This document shows, piece by piece, positions 10,118 through 18,437 of a stretch of DNA of 58,860 nt (position 1 is the first letter of the stretch; the number at the start of each line of letters is the position of its first letter). The DNA comes from an uncultured Micavibrio sp. (GTDB lineage: Bacteria; Pseudomonadota; Alphaproteobacteria; Micavibrionales; Micavibrionaceae), in the NCBI GenBank assembly GCA_964647515.1, contig CAZYHI010000001.1, forward strand, positions 1-58,860, read 5' to 3'. The notes under the pieces are model-generated. The model had not been told where the DNA came from. It did no database searches and saw nothing but the letters and a program-made list of their open reading frames with translations. The position numbers and the translations under genes are program-made.

Positions 10118-10142
10118 GTGGTAACCTTTCTTAACTTTTAGG

Positions 10143-10221
10143 CGTCATTACACGGTCAATCTCTTATTGAATCCGTGTAATCTAAGCACCATAGATTGCA
10201 CGAATAAATCATGCAATGACG
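10143..10221. repeat. miniature palindromic intergenic element (CGTCAT...ATGACG family)
   Basis: Terminal inverted repeat cgtcatt (10143-10149) / aatgacg (10215-10221). Internal hairpins are attacacgg/ccgtgtaat and attgca/tgcaat. Confidence 0.6.
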
Positions 10222-10276
10222 AATAGCAAGTTAGATTATACGCGCTTCAAAATCCTAGTCGAGAGAAAGTTCAACC

Positions 10277-11152
10277 ATGTCCCGCTTAAAAGGTGAAAGT
10301 CTGAAGATTATTGCTATTATCATGATTGGTTGGACATGCTTCGCCTTTGCTGATGCTTTCATAAAGCACCTATCCGCTAGTTATAACCCTTCTCTTATTG
10401 CCGCATACGGCGCGGGAATCAATGTTATTATATTATCCATTGTCATTATCTATCTATACGGTTTAAAAGGATTTAAATGGAATAATCCACTCTGGTGTTT
10501 CATCCGTTTAATTTCTAGCGGTATCATATCATGCTGCGTTGTACAGGCTCTATCCAGAATGCCCATCGCTGATATGTATGGTATTGTGTTTAGCTCCCCT
10601 TTCATTGGAGTCATTTTAGCTTACCTACTATTAAAAGAACAAGTTGGATGGCACCGATGGGTGAGTATTGCCATAGGCTTTTTAGGTGTTCTTATTATCA
10701 TCGGACCACAATTTGAACATGTCAATATGGGTATATTATTTGCCATGTTTGCTGCTTTATTCATGGGAGTAAACAACACAATTATCAGAAAAATTGGTAA
10801 GCAAGAAAATACTGTAAATCTAAGTTTGCTCGCTTTTATAGGACAAACACTTGTCAATACATATGTTGCTTGGGATGATATAGACACAATAACGATAAAC
10901 AATGCTCTTTTGTTTTCAGGGCAGGGATTCTTAATTTTAGCTGGTGTGTTATTAACGACTTACGGAATATCTCACGCTAAAAATGCCGCTAGTATTGCGC
11001 CCTTTTTATATGTACAAGCCATATGGGGCGTTGTGTTTGGTTATATCTTCTTTGATGATATACCGACAGCCGCCACGATTCTAGGCCTTATAATTGTTGT
11101 TGGTGCGGGATTATATATGATCTATCGGGAAAAACAGTTGGGGAAGAAGTAA
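10277..11152 (+). CDS. EamA/DMT family transporter
   Basis: 291 aa with about 10 hydrophobic segments in two halves, which is the typical drug/metabolite transporter (EamA repeat) architecture. Confidence 0.85.
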   Translation: MSRLKGESLKIIAIIMIGWTCFAFADAFIKHLSASYNPSLIAAYGAGINVIILSIVIIYLYGLKGFKWNNPLWCFIRLISSGIISCCVVQALSRMPIADMYGIVFSSPFIGVILAYLLLKEQVGWHRWVSIAIGFLGVLIIIGPQFEHVNMGILFAMFAALFMGVNNTIIRKIGKQENTVNLSLLAFIGQTLVNTYVAWDDIDTITINNALLFSGQGFLILAGVLLTTYGISHAKNAASIAPFLYVQAIWGVVFGYIFFDDIPTAATILGLIIVVGAGLYMIYREKQLGKK

Positions 11153-11160
11153 TTAGAAAC

Positions 11161-11250
11161 GTCATTGCGAGTCCAAATTTATTTGGACGAAGCAATCTCT
11201 TTCAATATTATTAGATTGCCGCGTCAGCCTAAAGGCTTCCTCGCAATGAC
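11161..11250. repeat. miniature palindromic intergenic element (CGTCAT...ATGACG family)
   Basis: Perfect 11-bp terminal inverted repeat gtcattgcgag (11161-11171) / ctcgcaatgac (11240-11250). Internal hairpins are gtccaaa/tttggac and gcaatct/agattgc. The track ORF 11162-11380 is a translation artefact of this element. Confidence 0.7.
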
Positions 11251-11258
11251 AATTTCCT

Positions 11259-11831
11259 TTACTCATTAAAATAAATGGCCTGTGATGGCATATCTTTGGT
11301 AATTTCAATTTTCTTTTTCGGCGTGGGGGTAAAGCGCCCCTGCGGAGACAGCTTCTTATCCTCGCTCCGTTTATACACATAGATTCCTAGCACTGATAAG
11401 CCAACGCCCCAAATTGTACTCAGGCTCGCCATACCTTGTAAAATATGTCCCGCTTTTTCAGTTTCAAACACAATAATATAGGCCAGCCCGCACATCTGCG
11501 CCGCCCATGTCACCGCCATGATATAACCAAATGTCGGTCGCATACGGCGAACATATTTATCGGTGGAATTTATCTCGCTACGCAAAGATTCATTGACCTC
11601 ATGCAAGCGCGCCTCTACTTCCGCCACCCGCATCCGTGCTATGACTTCGGCATGACGATGTGCTTCGATGAGTTGTTCTTGCGAGATCAAACCACCCGCA
11701 AGCGCTTCATCGACTTTGTTCAACGCCTCGCTTGCGCTTTTTGCCACAGGATTATCAATGCGGGATAAAGCCTGCGCGACAAATTCAATAAGTAACGGTA
11801 AGCCAATTTTTGAAAGTATAGTTGTGAGCAT
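11259..11831 (-). CDS. holin-like membrane protein (phage/GTA 3-TM holin-like architecture)
   Basis: 190 aa. An N-terminal amphipathic/coiled-coil region is followed by RRMRPTFGYIMAVTWAAQMCGLAYIIVF and LSTIWGVGLSVLGIYVY hydrophobic segments. The layout recalls the GTA_holin_3TM family (from memory). It lies at the lysis end of the cluster. Confidence 0.45.
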   Translation of the reverse strand: MLTTILSKIGLPLLIEFVAQALSRIDNPVAKSASEALNKVDEALAGGLISQEQLIEAHRHAEVIARMRVAEVEARLHEVNESLRSEINSTDKYVRRMRPTFGYIMAVTWAAQMCGLAYIIVFETEKAGHILQGMASLSTIWGVGLSVLGIYVYKRSEDKKLSPQGRFTPTPKKKIEITKDMPSQAIYFNE

Positions 11832-11876
11832 GTTTTTATTTCCTTTCTACTTTTCGTCATTGCGTCAAATATTGAA

Positions 11877-11905
11877 TTGACATAATTTGTATTCGTTGTT
11901 ACTAT
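11877..11905 (+). promoter_or_regulatory. candidate sigma70-type promoter of the isochorismatase-family gene
   Basis: TTGACA (11877-11882), N17, TACTAT (11900-11905), followed by RBS GAGG and ATG 11923. Confidence 0.45.
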
Positions 11906-11922
11906 CCCACCCAGAGGTAAAC

Positions 11923-12498
11923 ATGGCGAAGCACGCAAAAACACTGACGGAATTTTTTGACGAAGAAGCGTTAGCTTCTCGCAAAATAGCTTTTACGACT
12001 ATTGATGTGCAAAACCACTTCACAAACCCAGCATTCGGTGTCCATGGCACTCCTCTTACAAATCAAGTTGCGCAGAGAATTATAAATTATACATCACTAT
12101 TTAGAGACGCTGGCTTTCCCATTATTCACGTTTATATGAATGATGAAAAAGGTCAGCCTCCTAAAGATTCATATGGCGGATTTCACGATAATTTTCCAAA
12201 GAAAACAGATAATTTTGCTGAAAAACAACACCCCTCAGCCCTTTATAAAAATAATAGTCAACTTGAATCCATCATAGATGATCTAGAAATCGTAGGCATA
12301 TTTGCCGTAGGGTTTTTCACTAGCACATGCGTTCAAATGACGGTTAACGCCGCCGTATTAAAAAAATCGTTAGGCGTTTGTGTTTTAAGCGATCTAGTAA
12401 GTGATGCAGATAAAAAAGGTGGCAAAGCTTTGTCAAGAATACAAAGACGTGGCATTTCGGTTATCCAAAGCAATCAATTAAATCTGCATTATAGTTAA
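11923..12498 (+). CDS. isochorismatase-family cysteine hydrolase (nicotinamidase-like)
   Basis: The ATG at 11923 with RBS gaggtaaac is preferred over the TTG at 11887. TIDVQNHF (catalytic Asp region) and GFFTSTCVQMT (nucleophile Cys) match the isochorismatase/PncA fold family. Confidence 0.8.
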   Translation: MAKHAKTLTEFFDEEALASRKIAFTTIDVQNHFTNPAFGVHGTPLTNQVAQRIINYTSLFRDAGFPIIHVYMNDEKGQPPKDSYGGFHDNFPKKTDNFAEKQHPSALYKNNSQLESIIDDLEIVGIFAVGFFTSTCVQMTVNAAVLKKSLGVCVLSDLVSDADKKGGKALSRIQRRGISVIQSNQLNLHYS

Positions 12499-12514
12499 GA
12501 ATTATTCTTCAAAA

Positions 12515-13084
12515 TCATACTTCAACCAACTTATAAAAAATATGCCGACTAATGGTCTTGAGCGGTTTCTCACCCTTCGACCAATAGGGTGACACATAAT
12601 CCGCATGGTAATGCGTTGCGCCGCCCGTATTATCTTTCAACGTGCCAATGACAGCACGGCGCGCAATGCGCAAACAAGTGGCAAAATGAACGTTTTTATC
12701 CGTAACGGTTGTCAGGCGTTTATAACTAGGGTCATTTTTATTCCAACATGAAAACTGATACGGTTTTTGACACACACCAATAATATTATTGCCCCACCAA
12801 TAACGCCCACCACGTTTTTGTGAAACTTTAACACGGTTCAACACAACATTGGCGACAGCCTCCAACCCCGCATGTGGTTCACCGCGCGCCTCCCCAAATA
12901 TTGTACGGGCAAGAACATCGACTTCCAATGAACGATAATATTCTTCCTGTTTTATTTTTTCAGAATTTATTGTTTTGAGTTTTTCTTTCTTGTTTTTTTG
13001 GGGCGTTAGCTTTGCTGATTTTCGATCATGCGGGCGCAACAACCCAATAATGTTTTTAAACATTGGATTTCCTTTCTTTTTCAT
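12515..13084 (-). CDS. cell wall hydrolase, SleB/Hydrolase_2 family (putative endolysin)
   Basis: ARTIFGEARGEPHAGLEAVANVVLNRV, YQFSCWN and ATHYHADYVSPYWS are characteristic of the SleB-type cell wall hydrolase domain. The protein has a basic N-terminal extension. Confidence 0.85.
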   Translation of the reverse strand: MKKKGNPMFKNIIGLLRPHDRKSAKLTPQKNKKEKLKTINSEKIKQEEYYRSLEVDVLARTIFGEARGEPHAGLEAVANVVLNRVKVSQKRGGRYWWGNNIIGVCQKPYQFSCWNKNDPSYKRLTTVTDKNVHFATCLRIARRAVIGTLKDNTGGATHYHADYVSPYWSKGEKPLKTISRHIFYKLVEV

Positions 13085-13145
13085 AGCCGCTCAGACACAT
13101 AAATGTGCTACGCGGGTTCTTTGTAATAATTGTCTTGTCGTGAGT

Positions 13146-13418
13146 TTACCGACGCAAAGCTTCTATCGCTTTGATTTCAATATTTGAAATGCGGTCGTGG
13201 AGTTTTTGAACAATATTTTCGATGCGGTTTGATTGTTTGTCATGCTGTTCACGATAATGTTTTAATGAATTTTTATGAACGGCAAACTCAATCAGCAATT
13301 CATTAAATTGTTCTGTTTTTTGTTCAACTTTTTTTAAACGATAATAAACCACACCTGCTTGTGCGATAATAACAATAACCGTTATCCAATCATTAATTGA
13401 AAATTGTGAAACTTCCAT
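13146..13418 (-). CDS. small type-II membrane coiled-coil protein (spanin- or holin-like, speculative)
   Basis: 90 aa with one N-terminal TM segment (WITVIVIIAQAGVVYY) followed by a helical charged region. It lies between TerL and the muramidase. Confidence 0.4.
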   Translation of the reverse strand: MEVSQFSINDWITVIVIIAQAGVVYYRLKKVEQKTEQFNELLIEFAVHKNSLKHYREQHDKQSNRIENIVQKLHDRISNIEIKAIEALRR

Positions 13419-13430
13419 ATCTTCTCCTTC

Positions 13431-14918
13431 TTAAACTTCAAAATCTGTATTTGCCTGATGGTGGCCTTGCGACGCGTTCCATTTTGATTGCGCAGTCGCG
13501 TATGTTTTTTTAATCCGCACAGGTTCCAACGACAACGCACCCGCCACCGCATCCAACCCATCATCATGGCCGTTCTTTTTATCTGGTTGCCATTCCATCA
13601 TCTCAATCAAAAATGGCGTTTTCTTTACCGATTCATGGACATGAAGCGCCCGCGCGGCCAATACTGCATCAAAACTTTCTAAAATCCGTAAGGCTTTATT
13701 TTTGGTACTGCTTTTTTCTACCACCGCACAGGCGATATTTTTTCCCCCTAGCTCTCGTCTTAAAATCGCGGGTAAGAATTTCCCTAAACCATTAATCTCA
13801 ACCGCAACCGAAGGCACATAAAAACGCTGTAACATCTCTGCCACTTGTTGACATTGAAGGGTCGCTTCATCCTCACCTTCACAACACTCAACCTTGATAT
13901 AAGAGATATGGTGCAGATAATGATTTCCACCCTCATCTGTAAAGACAATAGCCAGAACACTGCTATCACCGTTATTTCCTTTTTTGGCACTACCAAAAGC
14001 AGGATCCCACCACGCACTGCATGATACAATGCGGCTATCCATGACATCTAAATAAGATTGTTTTTGCACTTCGCTATAAACCAAATCATCGTCATAAAAA
14101 TTTAACAAATTATGATCCAGACGGCTGTCTTTTATATTGACAGGTTGCAACATCATTTGCGCCGCAAATTTATGCGGCCCTGCTTGCTTTTTCAAAAGAT
14201 CAATATCGGCCTTGGTAAATTGTTCTGGCCAAACGCTGTTACCTTCTTTATCCAACAAAGGTTGCTTATACCTGTCGAAGCCAGATAGATATGGCTCTTC
14301 TTCATTAATTTCTTTTCGCGCTACATCGCTGTAAATTGAAAAATAACTATGGGGTGTTCCGATATAAAATTGCAGACCACCAGGCACCAAAATAAAATTA
14401 CTTTCATCAAGACGCTCACGCAAGTTCTCACGCTTTTGTGCTGTATCGGAAGTGTTAGGCACTTCAACATCATCATATAAAATAACGTCCGCGCGACACC
14501 CCGTAATATTGGATGTCACCCCTGCGGCCAAGACCGATGGATCACGTAATTCTTTTTGTCTATTTAAGGTAAAGCGATCAGCCGCCCATTGGTCAGGCTT
14601 GATCGGTTTTAGATGAGCGGTTAAAGGATGCTTCTCTATTATCTTCCTGATATTGCGCACCATTTTCGAGGACAACTGATTGTCCGCGGCTAACACTAGG
14701 ATACGCAAATCCGGATCCCGCCAAAGCAGCCACGCCGAGAAGAGTCCGACCAGTGTCGACTTTCCGCATGCCCGAAAGGCCATCATCAAAAGCCGCCTGT
14801 TGCCATGCCGCCACGATGTCTCTAACCACATTGCTATCTTGTAGTGGATCAAAGGCGTTGTGTAATTTTGTTTCTTGTTCCATAAGCTTAAGAATAGCGC
14901 AAAACTGTATTTTTGCAA
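13431..14918 (-). CDS. phage terminase large subunit
   Basis: Walker A AFRACGKST, Walker B-like VILYDDVE, and nuclease-domain acidic motifs WWDPAFG and HDDGLDAVAGAL. The TTG start is preceded by AAGGA. Confidence 0.9.
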   Translation of the reverse strand: MQKYSFALFLSLWNKKQNYTTPLIHYKIAMWLETSWRHGNRRLLMMAFRACGKSTLVGLFSAWLLWRDPDLRILVLAADNQLSSKMVRNIRKIIEKHPLTAHLKPIKPDQWAADRFTLNRQKELRDPSVLAAGVTSNITGCRADVILYDDVEVPNTSDTAQKRENLRERLDESNFILVPGGLQFYIGTPHSYFSIYSDVARKEINEEEPYLSGFDRYKQPLLDKEGNSVWPEQFTKADIDLLKKQAGPHKFAAQMMLQPVNIKDSRLDHNLLNFYDDDLVYSEVQKQSYLDVMDSRIVSCSAWWDPAFGSAKKGNNGDSSVLAIVFTDEGGNHYLHHISYIKVECCEGEDEATLQCQQVAEMLQRFYVPSVAVEINGLGKFLPAILRRELGGKNIACAVVEKSSTKNKALRILESFDAVLAARALHVHESVKKTPFLIEMMEWQPDKKNGHDDGLDAVAGALSLEPVRIKKTYATAQSKWNASQGHHQANTDFEV

Positions 14919-15000
14919 AGCTAATTCCTTTCTATCTCTTTAAAATTTAAGTGGCGAATACCATAATAATCACTAAATAGTAATAAAATAATGAATAATG

Positions 15001-15336
15001 TCACTTGTGAGGAATTTTATTTAAGTCTTCACTGATGCGCTTTTCAGCGGATTTGACCTCTGATTTTATCTGTTCAATATAATCAGACGTGTTTTCTTTC
15101 TTTTCTACCAGCTTATAAAACTTCAAAAGAATTTCGATATTAGTCAGCGCAACTTTACATGCCTTGTGAAATTCAATGAAGTTTTTAATGTCTTCTACAC
15201 TCTCATTTAACGCCTCTTGAGAGTTTCCAAATTTTATAAAATTTTCGTAACTCGCCATAATGCAACGAAGCGCATCGGGTAAAAAATTTTCAATTTGTTG
15301 ATTGGTTTTTTCTTCATTTTTTATATCATCATTCAT
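15001..15336 (-). CDS. hypothetical phage protein (position compatible with a small terminase subunit, speculative)
   Basis: 111-aa acidic helical ORF immediately upstream of TerL in the operon. No motif recognised. Confidence 0.4.
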   Translation of the reverse strand: MNDDIKNEEKTNQQIENFLPDALRCIMASYENFIKFGNSQEALNESVEDIKNFIEFHKACKVALTNIEILLKFYKLVEKKENTSDYIEQIKSEVKSAEKRISEDLNKIPHK

Positions 15337-15367
15337 ATAGTCTTCCCTTTCCTTCAGCAGAACACTT

Positions 15368-17389
15368 CTAAAACTTACTCACAATATACCAACGGCCACC
15401 ATCGGATACGACAGTGATGGCGTTATATTGTGCATTCAAAGGTTGAGCAAAGTTATCTGGACCACTACCGCCAAGCTCACTCACCGTAATTCCATTAGAA
15501 GACACATCCGTCTTTTTAATCGTCACGGTACGCCCGACGGCTTCGGGGGCATTAGCAGGAGGAAGTCGCGCTTCTAACGCGCCACCGAAAGACGACAACA
15601 AATATGTATCAACAGCCATATCAATATCATAAAGACCATTGCCATCAAAAAAGCGCGTGTTCCCTGCTGAACGGTTGGAAGCAATCACAAACCATTCCGC
15701 CCCATTGGATAGCACCATCATATAATCATTTTCTGACCCTAAATAATAATTACGGCTATCGGGCCCATTACCATTTTCTTCGGTAACGGTAATCACGTTT
15801 TTAGAGCTATCGATCTTTTTGAGCACCATCATCACACCCACCGCATCAGATGCTTGTGGTAATAGCACAGTCAATGCGCCACCAAAGCTTGAGAGTAAAT
15901 GTACCGAATGCGATATATCCAACGTCAAAACACCACTGGCGTCATTATATTCGGTATCATAACGTTGCAAGGTCGCGTTCATATCCGTCACGGTTGTCCG
16001 TTGCAAACGGTTTTTATGCGGAAAACCTGCATTATAAGCGGTGTATTCCCCACCCGATAAATCAAAAATCGCCGAACCATCACTGACTGATAAAAGATTA
16101 ATAATCGAGGTTTCGATTGAACCATTTTCAAGTTTAATATTCGGCACTTGATTATAACTTTCTGCATAGGGATTAATCAGCAGCGTCTTATCCGAATTTG
16201 CACCGATGATAAAACAGCCTTGTGATGTGCCGTGGACGTTGGCTTCACAATCAACGAAGCTGTTATTAAAACGCCCTTGCTCCACAAAAAAACCTGCATT
16301 GGAAATTGGCGTCCCTAACGAATAAGCGCGACACGCATGAAATTTATTGGCGTTCGGCGTATCCCCTGCCCCTGTCCGTGTTAGGTGAAATCCATTAACG
16401 GCCATTTGTTCAACCAAGACACGGTCAAAATTGTTCCAATAACATGGCTTATTCGTATCATTATAACCGTCCAGTAAAACACCTGTGTTACTACCTACAA
16501 TGACAATATCGGTAATTGAGTTTTGTACACAAGGACGGTCACGACCAAAAAGTTTAATACCAATATCACCGCCTTCAATTCTGAAATCTGATAGCGTTGC
16601 GTAATCTTCAACAACCTCAATCACATTAAATGTTTTATCTTGCGCCAATAAAACGGATCGTTGCCCCGCACCCTTTAAAGTTTGACGCGCGGCAATGGTA
16701 ATAGGCGCATTTATGAGATACCGCCCTTCAGGAATATAAACACTGTCATAAGCGGCTAAAGCTTGTTGTATCGCCAAAGTATCATCGGTTAAACCATCGC
16801 CTTTCGCGCCGAAATCTTTAACCGAAATCACATCTTTAAATTTATCATCGCTGCTGCGTGTGACCGCCCCAATACCAAGCGCGGTATAATCAGGCAGGCC
16901 TGTTGCGTTTGATAAAGACACAGCAATGGGGTTTCCATCGCCATCAAAACCAAGACCTTTTCCCGCACGTTGATCACGCGGTGGTAATTCATTATGCCCT
17001 TCTGTTTCATGATCGCTATAGCGTAGCATCGGTGATAAATCACGATTGATTTGCTGTATCGATGCGGTTAAATAATCAAGTTCATTATTAATGGCTTGTG
17101 CGCTAAAATCTCCACCTTCTAGAAAGTCAGTCACACGCTCCAACGGCAATCGACGCTCTAACGTGACAACGGTGCCGCTTTGTGGTGGTTCATCAAAAGT
17201 AACATACCCCCCTGCCGTTTCACCAACATCGGTAATGTCAAAACCACTAAATTGTGGTGCGCCATCAAAATAAATTTTCAAATCTTCACTGGCAAAGATA
17301 GGAAAGATATAGGCAAAATCTGTTTGTGTTCCATTGGCGACATAACGCACAAGTGGCGCAATGTCGGGCATTTTTATATGCTCCGTCAT
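15368..17389 (-). CDS. phage tail fibre/tailspike with pectate-lyase-like beta-helix and duplicated C-terminal domain
   Basis: The N-terminus VRYVANGTQTDFAYIFPIF..DLKIYFDG is typical of podovirus tail fibres. VKDFGAKGDGLTDDTLAIQQAL is the Pectate_lyase_3-type motif. There are two C-terminal ~88-aa repeats, each starting ..LLSSFGGAL. Confidence 0.8.
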   Translation of the reverse strand: MTEHIKMPDIAPLVRYVANGTQTDFAYIFPIFASEDLKIYFDGAPQFSGFDITDVGETAGGYVTFDEPPQSGTVVTLERRLPLERVTDFLEGGDFSAQAINNELDYLTASIQQINRDLSPMLRYSDHETEGHNELPPRDQRAGKGLGFDGDGNPIAVSLSNATGLPDYTALGIGAVTRSSDDKFKDVISVKDFGAKGDGLTDDTLAIQQALAAYDSVYIPEGRYLINAPITIAARQTLKGAGQRSVLLAQDKTFNVIEVVEDYATLSDFRIEGGDIGIKLFGRDRPCVQNSITDIVIVGSNTGVLLDGYNDTNKPCYWNNFDRVLVEQMAVNGFHLTRTGAGDTPNANKFHACRAYSLGTPISNAGFFVEQGRFNNSFVDCEANVHGTSQGCFIIGANSDKTLLINPYAESYNQVPNIKLENGSIETSIINLLSVSDGSAIFDLSGGEYTAYNAGFPHKNRLQRTTVTDMNATLQRYDTEYNDASGVLTLDISHSVHLLSSFGGALTVLLPQASDAVGVMMVLKKIDSSKNVITVTEENGNGPDSRNYYLGSENDYMMVLSNGAEWFVIASNRSAGNTRFFDGNGLYDIDMAVDTYLLSSFGGALEARLPPANAPEAVGRTVTIKKTDVSSNGITVSELGGSGPDNFAQPLNAQYNAITVVSDGGRWYIVSKF

Positions 17390-17478
17390 TTTTGTGTCCT
17401 TTCAATTTTTGAGGATTTATTTGTATTAAGAAGTCAGTTATAGTGAAGGGAGTTAGGCTCCCTCGATAAAAAAATCAT

Positions 17479-17868
17479 ATGAAGAAAAATTTAAAAAAAA
17501 TCATACGCAATCAGTTTTACTGTATAGTATCAGTATTACTTCTTATGTTTTTTATCGTTGTTATTGACGATATTACTGAATCATTATCCACCCTTTATGG
17601 CTATGATGATTTTTTTACACATCTATGGAATGTAGGTTTTATTTTTCTAAATCTATCCATGGTTTTTATTTTATATAGTCGAGCAAAAATAATTGGAAAA
17701 AGTATAAAAAATATTTTTTCTATAACATCTATAGTGTTTTATTTTCTTTTGCTCTTAGAGGTGAAAATATTTCATTCCGAAAACATGATTACAATTTATA
17801 TTTTTTTGTTAACTTCTTTTTTATATTTAATAATTCTAACACCCTATATCTTATTAAAGAAAATTTAA
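17479..17868 (+). CDS. small integral membrane protein (opposite-strand cassette)
   Basis: 129 aa with about four hydrophobic segments, very AT-rich, antisense to the structural operon. Its stop abuts the stop of the convergent ORF at 17869. Confidence 0.5.
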   Translation: MKKNLKKIIRNQFYCIVSVLLLMFFIVVIDDITESLSTLYGYDDFFTHLWNVGFIFLNLSMVFILYSRAKIIGKSIKNIFSITSIVFYFLLLLEVKIFHSENMITIYIFLLTSFLYLIILTPYILLKKI

Positions 17869-18366
17869 TCAATCCCTTTTCTTTGGTGATTTTATTAAAA
17901 CATCTATCAATGCTTTTTGAAAATCCTTCAACACATTATCTAAATGATCTGATTTCTGTCTTGCTAACTCACTGCTGGATTCAGGGTCATCATTGGCCAA
18001 CATGTCTTCAAGACGCTTTTGATCTTCGGTCATTCTTTCCTTCGTGCGTTGTTCAGAATTCTTCATCACATCAATAAGCTTGTTTCCTTTTTTACGGGCT
18101 TTGTTCACTTTCTTCGCCGCATCGGCTTGTAAAACTTCTTTTCGCAATTCCTTTTCTGTCTCGCCACCAGGGTATAAAACACCATCAACTTTCAATCCCT
18201 TTTCACCTTGAAATTTTTGAATAGCTTGGTCTGTTTCACGTTCAATAATACCATTATCAATTGGCGCATCACGATATCCCGTATCATTAAGGGCATTTTT
18301 CACAATCAGTACATCGGCTTCATCATTTTGAACAAAATTACCTACAGAATTTTTTATATGTTTCAT
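17869..18366 (-). CDS. peptidoglycan-binding-domain protein (virion-associated, putative)
   Basis: TDQAIQKFQGEKGLKVDGVLYPGGETEKEL matches the PG_binding_1 repeat signature. The C-terminal half is charged and helical. Confidence 0.55.
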   Translation of the reverse strand: MKHIKNSVGNFVQNDEADVLIVKNALNDTGYRDAPIDNGIIERETDQAIQKFQGEKGLKVDGVLYPGGETEKELRKEVLQADAAKKVNKARKKGNKLIDVMKNSEQRTKERMTEDQKRLEDMLANDDPESSSELARQKSDHLDNVLKDFQKALIDVLIKSPKKRD

Positions 18367-18437
18367 GTTATGTCTTTCCTTTTGTGGTAATAAACAATCT
18401 ATTTGATTTCACGTCACTCTTATGATTAATTGGCTTC

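Noticed and set aside
11153-11258. attL/attR-type direct repeats, tRNA target or integrase at the borders of the phage-like cluster (compared with 27495-27682)
   Set aside because: By eye I found no shared direct repeat of about 10 bp or more between the two border regions. There is no tRNA-like sequence and no recombinase-like ORF. This absence is used as evidence in finding 1 but needs a computational repeat search to confirm.
11162-11380. 72-aa minus-strand ORF
   Set aside because: It is a read-through of the palindromic element 11161-11250 and overlaps the 3' end of the holin-like gene in another frame. The HCEEAF..TRQSN peptide is a typical repeat artefact.
14593-14883. 96-aa ATG-initiated ORF in an alternative frame at the 5' end of TerL
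   Set aside because: It lies wholly inside the TerL frame, which in this region encodes the conserved N-terminus and Walker A (AFRACGKST). There is no RBS. It is a shadow ORF.
15371-15937. Diversity-generating retroelement (VR/TR pair) in the tail fibre, suggested by BPP-1-like gene content and an internal repeat
   Set aside because: No reverse transcriptase or accessory (avd/atd) ORF exists anywhere in the window. The two repeat copies are only ~35-40 percent identical at protein level and both are in-frame coding. This is not the adenine-specific near-identity expected of a TR/VR pair.
17447-17463. Hairpin agggag-ttagg-ctccct upstream of the tail fibre gene as a terminator
   Set aside because: The run of A/T lies on the wrong side of the stem for a terminator on either strand (plus strand followed by cgataaaaaaa; minus strand has its T-tract before the stem). 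It may be an RNA processing or stability element, but I cannot support a call.
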